This document shows positions 31,927 to 43,273 of a DNA stretch of 64,000 bases, piece after piece; positions within the stretch are counted from its first letter, which is position 1; every line of letters starts with the position of its first letter. The stretch covers positions 1,158,517-1,222,516 of the forward strand of contig NW_003314291.1 of assembly GCF_000143415.4 (NCBI RefSeq), given 5' to 3'. Both the position numbers and the translations under genes were made by a program. Under the pieces are notes generated by a model. It was not told the DNA's origin. It saw nothing but the letters and a program-made list of their open reading frames with translations, and searched no databases. This DNA comes from Selaginella moellendorffii (lineage: Eukaryota > Plantae > Lycopodiophyta).

Positions 31927-34900
31927 ATGGCGGCCGCTGCCGGCGACCAGACGCTTTGGGCCGACGCGACGGAGATCATCTCCCAGGTCTGCCAAGGTAA
32001 GCAACAATCTCCCCCTCATCGCGCCTGCGATTTCGGCGGCATTGAGCTCGGCTGCTTCTTTTTTCCAGAGCTCAGTCCCGGGGAGCTCATCCATGGCGAG
32101 AATTTCAGCCTCTTCGAATCAATGTCGGCTCTCGAGGCAAGGATTTCGAGGTATTGCGCTAGCAGCGCTGCTAATGGTGTGTGCCTGGGCAGATTATGGA
32201 TCCCAAGATGGATGGAGGGATGGATATTGGAGGACCTAAGTCTGTCGAGGACGCGATTGCGAGTGATTTGGCCCCGACCGACTTGTCCATCGCGCAGATC
32301 ATCGATATTATGGATCATCTTCTCTCGTGTGAGGTGGGCAAGCTAGGAAAAGCTCGAGGAGAAGCATTCTCATTTTTACTTTGTTCCTGTGTTCCAGGCT
32401 ACTTGGCACAGGGGTCATTCCTTAGCACAAACAGTTTTCTCGAGCATCTACATGCTCAAGCTGGTGCACGCCTCGTCAATGCCGGTCTTGCATGCGTACT
32501 GCAAGATCACTCGAGCAAGCTGCAACATCGTAAGAACAGCCGTGGCTTTGGCTCACACTCACGAGGTTATTTCTCTCTTTTCTTCTGAAGTCTGTGCTCC
32601 ATGTATTGTTTTAAGTTGGTTTCGTGTTTCCTGTTTGGCTTGCAGGAGGAAGATCTCTTTGTTATTTCCTTCGGACTTCCAATCGACCACGATGACGCGG
32701 ATTGCCTGGCGGTTCTCAACGGGGCGGAGGAAATGTGTGTACGAAGTTTGAGATCGGCGTCTGGGAAGAAGGCTGCGAGCGACGCACGAAGCTCGAAGTC
32801 GGCGTCTGGGAAGAAGCCCGCAAGTGGTATTTCTTATTGGCTGGATTTTTTCTTGGATGGTCAATCATTGATATGTAATTTTTACAGGTGTTGTTCCCCT
32901 ACAGGAAAACCCAGAACTCGAAGCCGATTATTGCCAGAGTGTGCTCAGTCGTCTCCGCTTTCGAAAGGTATTTTTTACCGCTCTCGTCTTGTCGATGGTT
33001 TCTCACTTTAATTGTGCAGGCTTTCAGTCAAATACACGTTCATATGAACAAGCCACAAGGGAAAGGCCTAGAAACTGCAAGAAAACACATTGCCACGGCT
33101 CTGACTGAGCTCTCACTCATCCGGGAGTCAAGAGCTTTTCTCTCTTCTCAGCATGCTTCTCAAGATCCAAACAATCTTTCGTCTACAACAGCCTCGGGGC
33201 GTGGTGTGGTTGGCTTTTTCGAAAACATTAACCGGTCCCTTTTGCCACCGACTCCTCCCCGCTCGATGAAACTGCTCCCATGGTCCGAGGTAAGCATTTA
33301 CATGGGAATTTCACCGTGCTTTCGAGTTCATATTGCATCGTTGGTAGTCTGTCAGGCCTTGGACTATTTTGTGCGCTTGCTGAATGATTTGGATCGCGTG
33401 TGCTCGGTGCCGCTCGATATCGAACTCGAAGAACTCATGCAGCTGATTGTTGATTTTCAAAAGTCACATCCAGATCTTGTGGCAAGGGCCCGAATGCAGG
33501 TACCTTTTTTCTTTTTATGATTGTCTCTTCTAATGGATGACTCTTGCAACCAGCGTCTTGTAATTCAAGACAACAAGCTGTTTGGTATCCGGCCTATGAA
33601 TGATGTGATTTACAAGGCTGCTTATTCTCGTCATGAGGCTCCTCGCGACGATGTGCTGGAGAATTCTTTTCAGCAAGCTGGATGGGTCTGTTAACTGAAG
33701 ATGTCCTTTTAGCCATAGGCTAATGAAAACGTTTGTTTGCAGTTAACGCTCACTTTGCTGAAGGTATTGTGCGCACATCCGGCATGGCAATGCCGGAAGC
33801 TCGGGAAGAGTTTAGACGAATGGAGTGATTTGTTTCATCAAGTAAGCTACCACCCCTTGTCAAAGAGATGTTAATACTGTTTTTTCTTCTAGGTGGATGT
33901 TCTTGGTATGTCTTCGGAAGAATTCAAGAAGAAGGTAGGCACGTTGGTCTTGGTATCACAAAATTGTTACGTCTCTTGATTTTGGCCTTGGCAGTGTGAG
34001 CCTTTTACGACATGGATAGGCTGCCAGGCTTCTTGGATCGCAAAGCAATACTTAATGCTGGGATTCGACCTTGGCTTGTATTCGTCAGATGACTATTGCA
34101 TGGTCTATCGGTAAGTTGATTATAGTTTTCGTTCACATTTATGTTGTCCAGGTGGATACAGGTACCTTGATCACGTCCTGCTGACATATTTGCACTACAA
34201 ACTGGCGAAAGAGAAGGAAAAGGACGAGGAACAGTCTGAAGAAAAGAAGCCGTCATCACTTGTAGCAGGTGCTAAAACTCATTTGTTTTCGCAAGGCGGG
34301 CCTTGTGGAAGCAAAGATTGCAAAACTTTTGTTTCAGTGGGCTCACCAGAGGGCGTCTCTTGTTGCTAGCCAAGAAGAAGTCGAAAAAGAAAAAACCAGG
34401 AAAGAACCCAGACCCAAAAATTATCTTGCTGCATTGCCTGAGCGACCTCTGCAAAGGATATATTTGGGTATGTTGCACTCTAGAGTTCATACATTCTTTA
34501 CACATGTTTTCAGATGCTTGACGGGCTGATCAAAGACGGTAAAATCCAGCAAAGAAAAATGGAATTCACCACCGAGCGAGAGGTTGTCCTGTTTGTTTTC
34601 TGCTTTGCTTATGATTTAACTTTCTCTTTTTCTCCAGAGATATACTCAACGATTCGAGCTGCTGCTGAAATTGTTGGTACCGTCGCCACTATCGTTTGCT
34701 CGTTTCAAAGAAACTACAAGACTACGGCAGTACTCGGTACATGATTTCTTTCCTTGTTGCCGTGTTTCCATCTGGAATTTTTGTTTTCAATCGTGCAGGC
34801 CAGTGATCTCTACCAGTATGCATGCAAGCAGTTCATGGCTGTGGAGCAGTGCTTGCGAAACTTGAGCATATCACGCGGTGAAACTCCGGAGTTGAGCCAC

Positions 34901-35062
34901 GCGCAAAGCATTTTGGAGATAAAGCAGCTCGAGCAGGTTGTGTCGAGGAACAAAGTAGCGCTCCAGATTGTGGACAGATCTCAGCCAGGCGAAACGCTCA
35001 AGGTGTCGTTGCAATTCTCACAACACCCAGCCTTTGGCGTCATCGTCGTCAAGAATTCGTGA
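31927..35062 (+). CDS. MAK10: N-alpha-acetyltransferase 35, NatC auxiliary subunit; many short introns
   Basis: WADAT, [74 protein letters not shown], C-terminal HPAFGVIVVKNS. Confidence 0.92.
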
Positions 35063-35282
35063 GGCGCCAGAGTAAACTTTTTCTTTTTTCTGAAAGATTT
35101 TTGCCATTGACGATCATGGTGTGTGTAGCTTTGGCTATACTAAACGATTTTCACAAGCTCAAAGTCACTGAATTTCTTCTCGGTAAATTCAAGGGACGAT
35201 CCAAAAAAGCTCTTGATCTTCGAGAGAAGTTGCCACGATTGTCTTCGTGACTTCTCATCGGCCGAACGGACGATCACTATGA

Positions 35283-36827
35283 TCACTTTGAGAGCTGGCT
35301 GGGCAGGACGGGGTCGGGACCTCTGGAGCTCCTGTCTCTGGGCTCGTTTTCATCAGCTCTAGCAGACCCTGGTGTAGATCTCTCCGGCCATAGCGGCGAC
35401 AAAGCAACCACTCGTCCGATGAAGATCAGAGTGGGAGACACGAGCTGAGTTGCTGCTACTTCGCTCGGCAGATTGGCGAGCTCGGCAAATACCTGAAAGC
35501 GAATCGAGAAAGATTGCTAAGCCGCGGAGATGAGAGTGGTGAAAGGAGCGTACCGTTCGCTGTTGCTCTGTGGTGCCTCGTTCTATGGCGGCTGCCGGAG
35601 TATCGGGAGGAAGTCCATTTGCGATAAACCTCTCTGCAAGAGCTGGGAGTGTCGCAAGTCCCATGTAGATCACAAGCGTAGAATCGGGGTCTGCCGCTTG
35701 CTCTGCGACGTAGAGGGGATCTTTCCCTCCTTTCCTTGCATGACCCGTGAGAAATCTTACGCTGCATGCAACGAGGTATGAATGAGACGAACTTCACACG
35801 AAAGATGGAACTTTTACCTGTTTGCGACGCCTCTGTGAGTGAGAGGTATCCCAAGTCCAGCAGCAATTCCAGACGCTGCAGTGATACCTTGCGAAAGAAG
35901 ATAATGTAGTTTGAGAAACTAGCAGCTGGGAGGAGGAAAGGATTTCGAGCTACCTGGGACGACAGTCACAGCAATTCCTTGCTCTTGGAGGAAATCCATT
36001 TCTTCACCTCCTCGACCAAATACCTGCAAGAATGGCCTTGAGGAGAAATATAACACTAAGAGAGAATGTTCATACCAGAGGATCACCTCCCTTGAGCCTT
36101 AAAACGGTGGCGCCAGCCTCTGCAAAATTGAGGAGCAGCTCATGAATCTCGTCCTATAACCAAGAGATGCCAGGAAATTTACTTCCTCCTTAGAAACGAT
36201 CAAAATGAAAGAAGGAAACAAGAAGAAAGTGTGGCTTACCTGGGTGCGACTGTGGTAACCGGAAGTTTTTCCCACGTAGAGCAGCTTGGCACCTTCGTGA
36301 ACCATGTCCAAGATGCTCGTAGAAACAAGCCGATCGTACAAGACCAAGTCGGCTGTCCTCATCAAACGCACTGCCTTGAGAGTGAGAAGCTCGGGATCTC
36401 CAGGCCCAGTTCCAACCAGGAACACATTCCCTGCTTTCCATCTCTTGGAGGGCGACGATGGATCGCTTCCTTCTTCCTTCTTGCGCTGCCTTCTCAGCAG
36501 TTCCAGAACCTCTCGCAGCTCTGGCAATCTCGTTGCTATATCGTTCTCCTCTTCACGAGAACTCTCGGAGGTTTCTTCCCGGCATCCTGGACAAGAATTT
36601 TCTACACCGCCGCTGCGAAATTCTAGCCTACCCCCTCCTCGTACTTTCTTGATCGAATCCTTCTCAGTGAATGGAGATATCGAGGCTCTTAGCCTGAGTT
36701 GCGAGAAACGAGCCGACGATCCACGATCTCCTCTGGCGGAGCAAAGCTCGGCGCTGCTCTCGGCGATGCAGCGCGAAATATCGGAGCTGGAGAAGATCGC
36801 CCTGGTAGCAGCAGCAGCTAGCGCCAT
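35283..36827 (-). CDS. UPM1: Uroporphyrinogen III methyltransferase (siroheme synthesis), plastid-targeted, multi-exon
   Basis: VFLVGTGPGDPELLTLKAVR..ADLVLYDRLVS, RLKGGDP, VFGRGGEEMDFL, IYMGLATLP, AAAIERGTT, PTLIFIGRVVALSP; stop at 35285-35283. Confidence 0.95.
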
Positions 36828-36829
36828 GG

Positions 36830-37320
36830 AAGAAATTCTCGCCGCTAGCTCCCCGGGCTACCGGAAGATTTCTAGAGAATGTACCTGGCGCTTGGGAGTG
36901 ATGGATGGATCTCGTGGTGGAAGGGCGGCTCTCCTAAAACCCTAGAAGGAAGAGGAGAGCAAATAAAACCCATTCATCCCATGGCGGCATGGAAGGGGCA
37001 ATGGTCCAATGGCCCCATTCAAGGGCCCCCAAAATCCAACGGCCCTCTTTTATAACCGCCCTATCCCTAAAAGCCAGAGTGACGTGGAAAGGGCAAAAAA
37101 ATATTTCGAGGGAGGGAGCTTGGATTTCAAAGCTCTCGCACGGCGCCAGGGCTAGGGTTCTTCGATCGCCGCCAAGAATCGCGAGAAGGAGCCGCCGGAT
37201 CCCTGCGCAATGCCTTGAGGTATGATCCGATCCAACAGGCGCCTGGATAGGATGGATGATTTGGGTGCTCTACGTTAGAAATGCGCAAGATCGCCAGGGT
37301 CACGGGCTAGAGAGGTAGAG
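36830..37320. promoter_or_regulatory. Short divergent (bidirectional) promoter region
   Basis: UPM1 (minus) and the coiled-coil gene (plus) are head to head; telo-box-like AAACCCTA at ~36937, GGCCC motifs, GACGTGG. Confidence 0.4.
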
Positions 37321-37323
37321 ATT

Positions 37324-40300
37324 ATGGAGAAGCGATCGCTGCCGCTGAATTTCTACTGCCGGAGCGCCAGGCTGCTGCTCAAAAAGGCCACGTTTTCCAG
37401 GAAATCTAACTTGCTGGCCGAGGAGCTCCGGCATCTCAAGAAGTTTAGTACGCTTGCGTTCTCGGTGATTCCTTCGCATCCCGAGTATGAGGACGAGAAG
37501 GGCAGGAAGCTTGCCGAGGACTTGGAGGACTACATGGCTGATGTCCGGGAGAGGATAGAAGAGCTCGAGGAGGAGCTCACGTCAACTAGCTCCTTGGCAG
37601 GTTACAGGAAGTCGGGATCTTTCAATCGCAAGGAGCTTGTTGCAAGGCATGAGAAGAATGTTGGCAAGAGACAGCACGTATGGGCGAGGTTTGTTCGAAA
37701 GCTTTATGATGCGGCTCCATGCTTCTCAGCGAGGCTGAAGAAACGACCACCGCAACCTCTGGCGGGTAAGCCAAAGGTTCTATGTTTTCTTTTTCTTCTT
37801 CTCTCGTTTCATGCTTTCACTGTAATGCAGGGCAGCTTTCAGGGAGCCGCTCGTCGAAGGAGTCAAGCTCTCGCTTCTTGTATAACGTGGCAGAAGTAGC
37901 CTCGCTTTCTTCAGATGGTCAAGTTAGTGATGATATGCAAGATGACGAGCGCGTACCTGATAGGAGTTTGAAGATCACAGCTTCCAACGAGATAACGCTG
38001 GACATTAGAAGGAAGGTGGAGAGGCATGATACAACATCGCTGGACACCGAGAGCACAACGAGAACGCAGCTCATGCAACAGATAGCAGAGGCCACAAACT
38101 TGAGTCTCGAGGGAAGATTCTTGAACCTCCAGACCATAGTCATGCAGTTGAGGGACTCGATGGAAGGGCTGAGGTCACGGGTCGAGGAAGAAGGCAAAAG
38201 GTGGAGAGGGAGGGCGGAGACTTTGGAAAGGAAGCTGAAGCTCATGAAGGATGAAACAGAGAATGATTTTTCCGGGCTTAAGCGTCAGGTGGAAGAGGAT
38301 ATGAAGAAAGCATGCGGGGTCTCTGGGGAAGATCAGGAACTGCGGAAGAAAGCGAACGTGAAACAAAAGTTTGAAGACATGATGCAAACATCTTCGGGAG
38401 AGGTTGAAGAGTTTAGGACACAGGTGAATCAGTTTGTTACACAGACGCAAAAGATGCTTACGCTGGGGCTGGAGGAGCGGTTTCTGGATTCCTTGAGTGA
38501 AGTAAGAACGGATCTCAAGAACGATATCAGCAATCTAGAAATCGGTTTCTCCAAAGACGTTGATAATCTTCGACAGGAAATGGCTTCTCGATACGAGTCG
38601 ATGCTGATCGACGTCGAGATGGGAAGAATAGGTGGCCAGCAACAGATCAACACTCTAAAGAAACAAAGGTTTGAGAATGGCGCACAAGCAGCACCGGCAC
38701 CGAATGATGTGACTAAGCAGGTGGATGCTCTGCGCGCTGATGTTACCTCATTACACAGGGACTTCGAAAGGCTTTGCGATGACCAGAAGTTTGAAAAGCT
38801 GCAACTCCGGAAGCGGCTGCAGTGCTCCAAGCAAGAGGTTATGGAAGCGAGGGTCGACACCGAAGTGTGGATAAAAGAATGCGAGGTTCAAGTGAAAGAA
38901 TTCAGGCACGACTTGATAGAGCTAAGAGGAGAACAAGAGGAGATGAAGGTGGACGTCGAAGTTCTAAAGAGGCAGCAGTCAGAAAGGGAGTATCCCAGGC
39001 GGAGGTCTTTTGACGAGAAATATGAAGGTTCGGGTACGGGACTGCCAGTGGAATTTGCCAGCAATCTCCTGATGGTGGAAAAGGTTGAGAAGTTTTCGAA
39101 GCTTTACACCGGTTGCTTAGAGGACTTGCGGACAAGGCTGTGCAGGATAGAGTCAGCTCAAGATTGCATAGGCGATCTCCAGACCAGAGTATACAGGCTG
39201 GAAGCTGCTGAGCAGACGTTATCGACAACTCCAGGCGATACTATGGCTTTGATTGAACGGGAGAGGTCTCTGGCAACTTCAGCTGCCACAGATGCGATTG
39301 CAGCAGCCTCGCGGACAAAAGAGATGCTGGAGGAAACGTTCGGGACGTTTCTCTCACAGATTGTCAGTGCTAAAGAGAAGGCCGGCGGGAGAGACGTGGT
39401 CGAGCTATCCGGTGATGAACCAAAGCAAGAACGCCACCTGAAGACCACCGTGCAGCGCCTGAATCGTCAGATGAAGGAAGTCTTCGAGAGGTTGACAAGC
39501 GTTTCCTGCGGGAAGACACCAGGAGGTGGCAAGAAACTTTCAAAGGCTGGGACAAAGAAGGAACTCAAGTCCAGCAGCGAGGTTTTTATGCCAAGTGTGA
39601 CAAGCATCGAGAACAAGATCAAAGCCGCGGCAGGGATCATGAGCCAGATGAACGACCGGATTCACAGGCTAGAGACCGTGCAGCAGGGGCTCAGCCGGTC
39701 CATCGACGACGCTCGCAAAGGAAACCAGGCGCTGAGGAAAGCTGCCAACTTCTGGCTGCCAAGGTACGAGGCAACCGCGAAACTGGTGATGGAAATCAGC
39801 GGCAGGCTGGCTTCGATCGAGCAACGAAAGCCCTTGACAGATATGATGGATCCAAGCTCGGAGCAGCAGAAAGCAGCCGGTAATACTACAAAGCCGGGCC
39901 TGGGCATGGAGGCCACTGACAGATTGCTTGCGCTGGAGAGCCGGATGGATCACATCGCTTCCGCAACGTACGCAAACCTGAGGTAACCACCGCTTGTCCG
40001 AAGATAGATTTTCACTAGCTAAAACACTCTTTTGTTCTTGTTCCTCCAGGCTGCTAGATGCCAAAGTCGAGCACGCCAGCATTGGCATGAGATCAGCACT
40101 GGACATCGCCACCGAGACGGAAGACAAATGCAGCTCTCTGGGAGGAGAGCTCGTCAAAGTCTTCCGGCTCATCCTCACTGCACGAGAGAGCCCGACGACG
40201 AGAAAGCCCGACTCGCCACCGCTTTGTCCTCCCGAGCGGGGGCCTCAAGAGCGAGCAAAGTCTCCCGGTGGTGCTAGATCTCCTCCACCTCCAGCCGCAA

Positions 40301-40446
40301 GGTCTCCAGCTCCAGCGAAGTCGCCAGAATCAAGGAATCGAACGCAGACGCAGCAGCTCTACAACCCGTTACCAGCCAAGCCCGTGAAACGCATCAGCCT
40401 CAAGTTCGGAGACCAAGGCAACATCTTCACCAACGCTCCAAGATAG
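37324..40446 (+). CDS. ~1000 aa protein: N-terminal AMSH/USP8-dimerisation (MIT-like) domain, long coiled coil, Pro/Ser-rich tail; 3 exons
   Basis: GT-AG introns at ~37765-37830 and ~39983-40050 join the three ORFs in frame. The N-terminus LPLNFYCRSARLLLKKA...LKKFSTLAFSVIPSHPEY resembles the AMSH N-terminus. Confidence 0.75.
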
Positions 40447-40753
40447 TTTCTATACATATACATGTATTGAACAGCTCCATCTCCAACTTCCATGGATCTT
40501 CTTTCTGATCAATGAAAATTCCCTGGAGGCTGTACAGTTCTTAAGAAAGAGAAGCGAAGAGAAGAAAGAAAAATACCAGGCCTTTCGAATGGATGGATTG
40601 AAAGAATGGTATACGACGAAAATCACTGCAAAGAAGCAAAAACTTTCCTGTGTCAAAACGGAAGAACAAAAAGAAAGCGAAGAAGACAGTACCTATAGAT
40701 TGAGAAGAACTCCTTCCGTCCCCCTCTGGAGAGAGCGAAATCTTCGCTCGCAG

Positions 40754-42868
40754 TTAGTAGAGTCGCTTCTTACACCTTCGAGCCCCGCAGTAGCACCGCT
40801 TCTTCTTGATCTTCCCGTCGCTGTCCCTCACCGAGTCGATCTCGTAGCCATAGTCGTAGGAGAGCTCCTCGAAAGGCCGGATGTTCTTCATGGCGAACAT
40901 CATAACGTGCGGATACGCCATGTCGTTGTGGTCGTTGAAAACGCACTGGACGAACATGTTGGGGTCGCAGCTATGGTTGATAAACCTGGAAACGTTCCCG
41001 CAGCTCCCAGCGTCGATGGACATATGACCATCCTCCACCACCTCGCAAATCTCCCCTCCATCCTTCTCCTCGAAGAAGCTGGATATGTCCACCCCGCGGG
41101 AGCGGCTCCCCTTGATGCAATCTATGTCGAAGATGTACTCGTCCTGCCCGACTCGCCGCTCGGCCTCCTCGTTGCTTATGAGCTCGCCAACGTACTCGCA
41201 GATGAAGCTCCCGAACGGGATGGCCTCCCAGGAGCGCACCCCCCACCCCCGGTTCTCCGTCTTGAAAACCTCGAGCTTCCTCGTCTGGCCTTGCTGGGAG
41301 AGTCGCAGCGGGCAGCTCGCCGCGCAGCGGCACATCGGTCCACACTCGTACAGGATCGTCTTCGACTCGTACAGCGCCCCGTCCGTGTATGGCATCTTGT
41401 TGCTGTTCTTCCCGATGCACAGGCAGCTGGCCGAGTCCCCGCACCGCCCCACGCAGCGGCACCCCGTCGGGTACGACGGCTGGAGGAAGCCCGGGGGAAA
41501 GATGGTCTTGGTGATGTAGGTGAAAGGTGGCGGCGGCCCCGGGGCCGCGTCGACGTCGTTCACGGCACAGATTGGAACCCGCTCTCGCCCTCCGGAGATG
41601 TCCTCGCACACCACCGCCTTGCGAGCCTCCATCTTCGCCTGGAGCTTCCCGGAGAACTTGACGATCCTGGAACCCAGCTCCAGCTGCCCTGGGTCGCGCT
41701 CGAGGCTGTACTTAAACACCCGGAACCCCGACATGCCGGTCTCGGCCCAGAAGTGGGTGACCCTGTAGAGACCGTCGTAGCTGTAGATCTTCCCCGAGGG
41801 GCTCTTGGAATCCAGGCAGCCGCGGGTGACTCGAACGGGGACGTCGTACTTGCAGCTGTTGGCAAGGCCCAAGTTCCCCTTGACGAGCTCCTGGTCGCGG
41901 TACTGCCGCTTGTCGCCGTGGTAGGCGTTCCCTCCCTGGCCCGTGTACGTGAACGTCTCGCCACTGTCGACGTCGTCCTCGTATCCGCCCGAGAGAACCA
42001 AGCTGCAAGCGATGAGCTCGCCAAACTTGTTCTCGTTGGGCCGGATGGTGTCGATGCCGGCCTGGGTCTGGCGGTGGAGGCCGACGATGCACATCGCGAT
42101 CCGGAAGAAGAAGATGTCGCCAACTTCCACCCCGGGAACCGGGCCGATACGTTTCGCTCGGTTCACCCACATGTTCTTCTCCTTCAGGGCAGCGGCCGCC
42201 TTTTGCGAGCAGTCGCCCGTCACCTTGTCGCGCACGTAGCATATCCGGAGCTTCTCGTACGCCGAAAGTGCGTTGGTCACCTTGATCCGGTCATCGCTGC
42301 TGCCGCTGGCGGTGTCCGGGGCGGCGGCGGCGGCGGTGAAGAGCCCGTCGGCGTCGTCGTCCTCGGAGTCCGAGAGCTCCGCCACGCAAACGTTTGGATC
42401 CGCCTCCTTGAGTGGCTGGACCTTGATGGCTTCCTCGCCGGAGTGACGAGGAAGAGGGAGCGCGGTCATGGTGGAAGAAGAGGGACTCATCGCCTTCCGG
42501 CTCACAATCACCCAATCAGTCGGCTCCACCAACGCCGTGATCGTCCCTGACGCTGGCGCCTCCCAGCACTCGTCCGGGTCCACGATCGTGTCGTCCTCCT
42601 CCTCCTCCACGGGCGAGATCTTTGGCCTCTTACTGTCCTCGATCTCTCCCTCCTCCTCTTCCTGTTCCTCCTGTTCCTCCTCCTCCTCGTCTTCGGAATC
42701 CAAGACCATAACGGGCATGACCCTCTTTCTATCCTGCGGTGTGCCTGCTTCTACACCGCATTGGCTACCTCGATCTTCCTCGTCGGCGACCATGGAGGAG
42801 GACGACTGCTGCTGCTGGATCTTGCGTGAATTCGCTGGCCACCGCCGCACCGCCACCGGCCGCTCCAT
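40754..42868 (-). CDS. SUVH: SUVH-family histone H3K9 methyltransferase (SRA/YDG + pre-SET + SET + post-SET), SUVH4/KYP-like, intronless
   Basis: IGPVPGVEVGDIFFFR..GLH..QAGID, SGGYEDD, YTGQGG, YSYDGLY; CRCVGRC; RGWGVRS; RFINHSCDPN; ELSYDY; CYCGARRCKKRLY. Confidence 0.95.
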   Translation of the reverse strand: MERPVAVRRWPANSRKIQQQQSSSSMVADEEDRGSQCGVEAGTPQDRKRVMPVMVLDSEDEEEEEQEEQEEEEGEIEDSKRPKISPVEEEEDDTIVDPDECWEAPASGTITALVEPTDWVIVSRKAMSPSSSTMTALPLPRHSGEEAIKVQPLKEADPNVCVAELSDSEDDDADGLFTAAAAAPDTASGSSDDRIKVTNALSAYEKLRICYVRDKVTGDCSQKAAAALKEKNMWVNRAKRIGPVPGVEVGDIFFFRIAMCIVGLHRQTQAGIDTIRPNENKFGELIACSLVLSGGYEDDVDSGETFTYTGQGGNAYHGDKRQYRDQELVKGNLGLANSCKYDVPVRVTRGCLDSKSPSGKIYSYDGLYRVTHFWAETGMSGFRVFKYSLERDPGQLELGSRIVKFSGKLQAKMEARKAVVCEDISGGRERVPICAVNDVDAAPGPPPPFTYITKTIFPPGFLQPSYPTGCRCVGRCGDSASCLCIGKNSNKMPYTDGALYESKTILYECGPMCRCAASCPLRLSQQGQTRKLEVFKTENRGWGVRSWEAIPFGSFICEYVGELISNEEAERRVGQDEYIFDIDCIKGSRSRGVDISSFFEEKDGGEICEVVEDGHMSIDAGSCGNVSRFINHSCDPNMFVQCVFNDHNDMAYPHVMMFAMKNIRPFEELSYDYGYEIDSVRDSDGKIKKKRCYCGARRCKKRLY

Positions 42869-42978
42869 CGATCTGAGAGATCACTCCCCACCCCTCCCGC
42901 CCGCCTAGAAGATGAAACAGAGTAGCCCTAACCCTACATTTTAGGTCTCCTGATTCGGGAATTTACGCCAGTGCAATT

Positions 42979-43273
42979 GATGTAAGCCCTAAAAGGTTGA
43001 AAAGCACCCCCTTTGCTATTTACGTTTACTGTTCAGAGAGACAATATCGTGTGAAAGAGAGGACTTCTCATGAAGAGCTTGGTCCTGTTGGTTCACATCA
43101 TGTAACAGCAGCAACCAAAGATCTTGCTCGCAATTTGTGAAACCCTAAAGATGTAAGCCCTAAAAGGTTGAAAAGCTCGTGTGAAAGAGAGGACTTCTCA
43201 TGAGGAGCTTGGTGGTTCACATCAGGTCCTGTAACAGCAGCAACCAAAGATCTTGCTCGCAATTTGTGAAACC
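42979..43273 (+). repeat. Two-unit tandem duplication upstream of SUVH
   Basis: gatgtaagccctaaaaggttgaaaagc...tcgtgtgaaagagaggacttctcatga...gatcttgctcgcaatttgtgaaacc occurs at 42979-43144 and 43150-43273; the second unit has a deletion. Confidence 0.88.

Noticed and set aside
40589-42550. 653-aa plus-strand ORF antisense to SUVH
   Set aside because: It is a shadow ORF caused by the extreme GC3 bias of the SUVH gene and has no recognisable domain.
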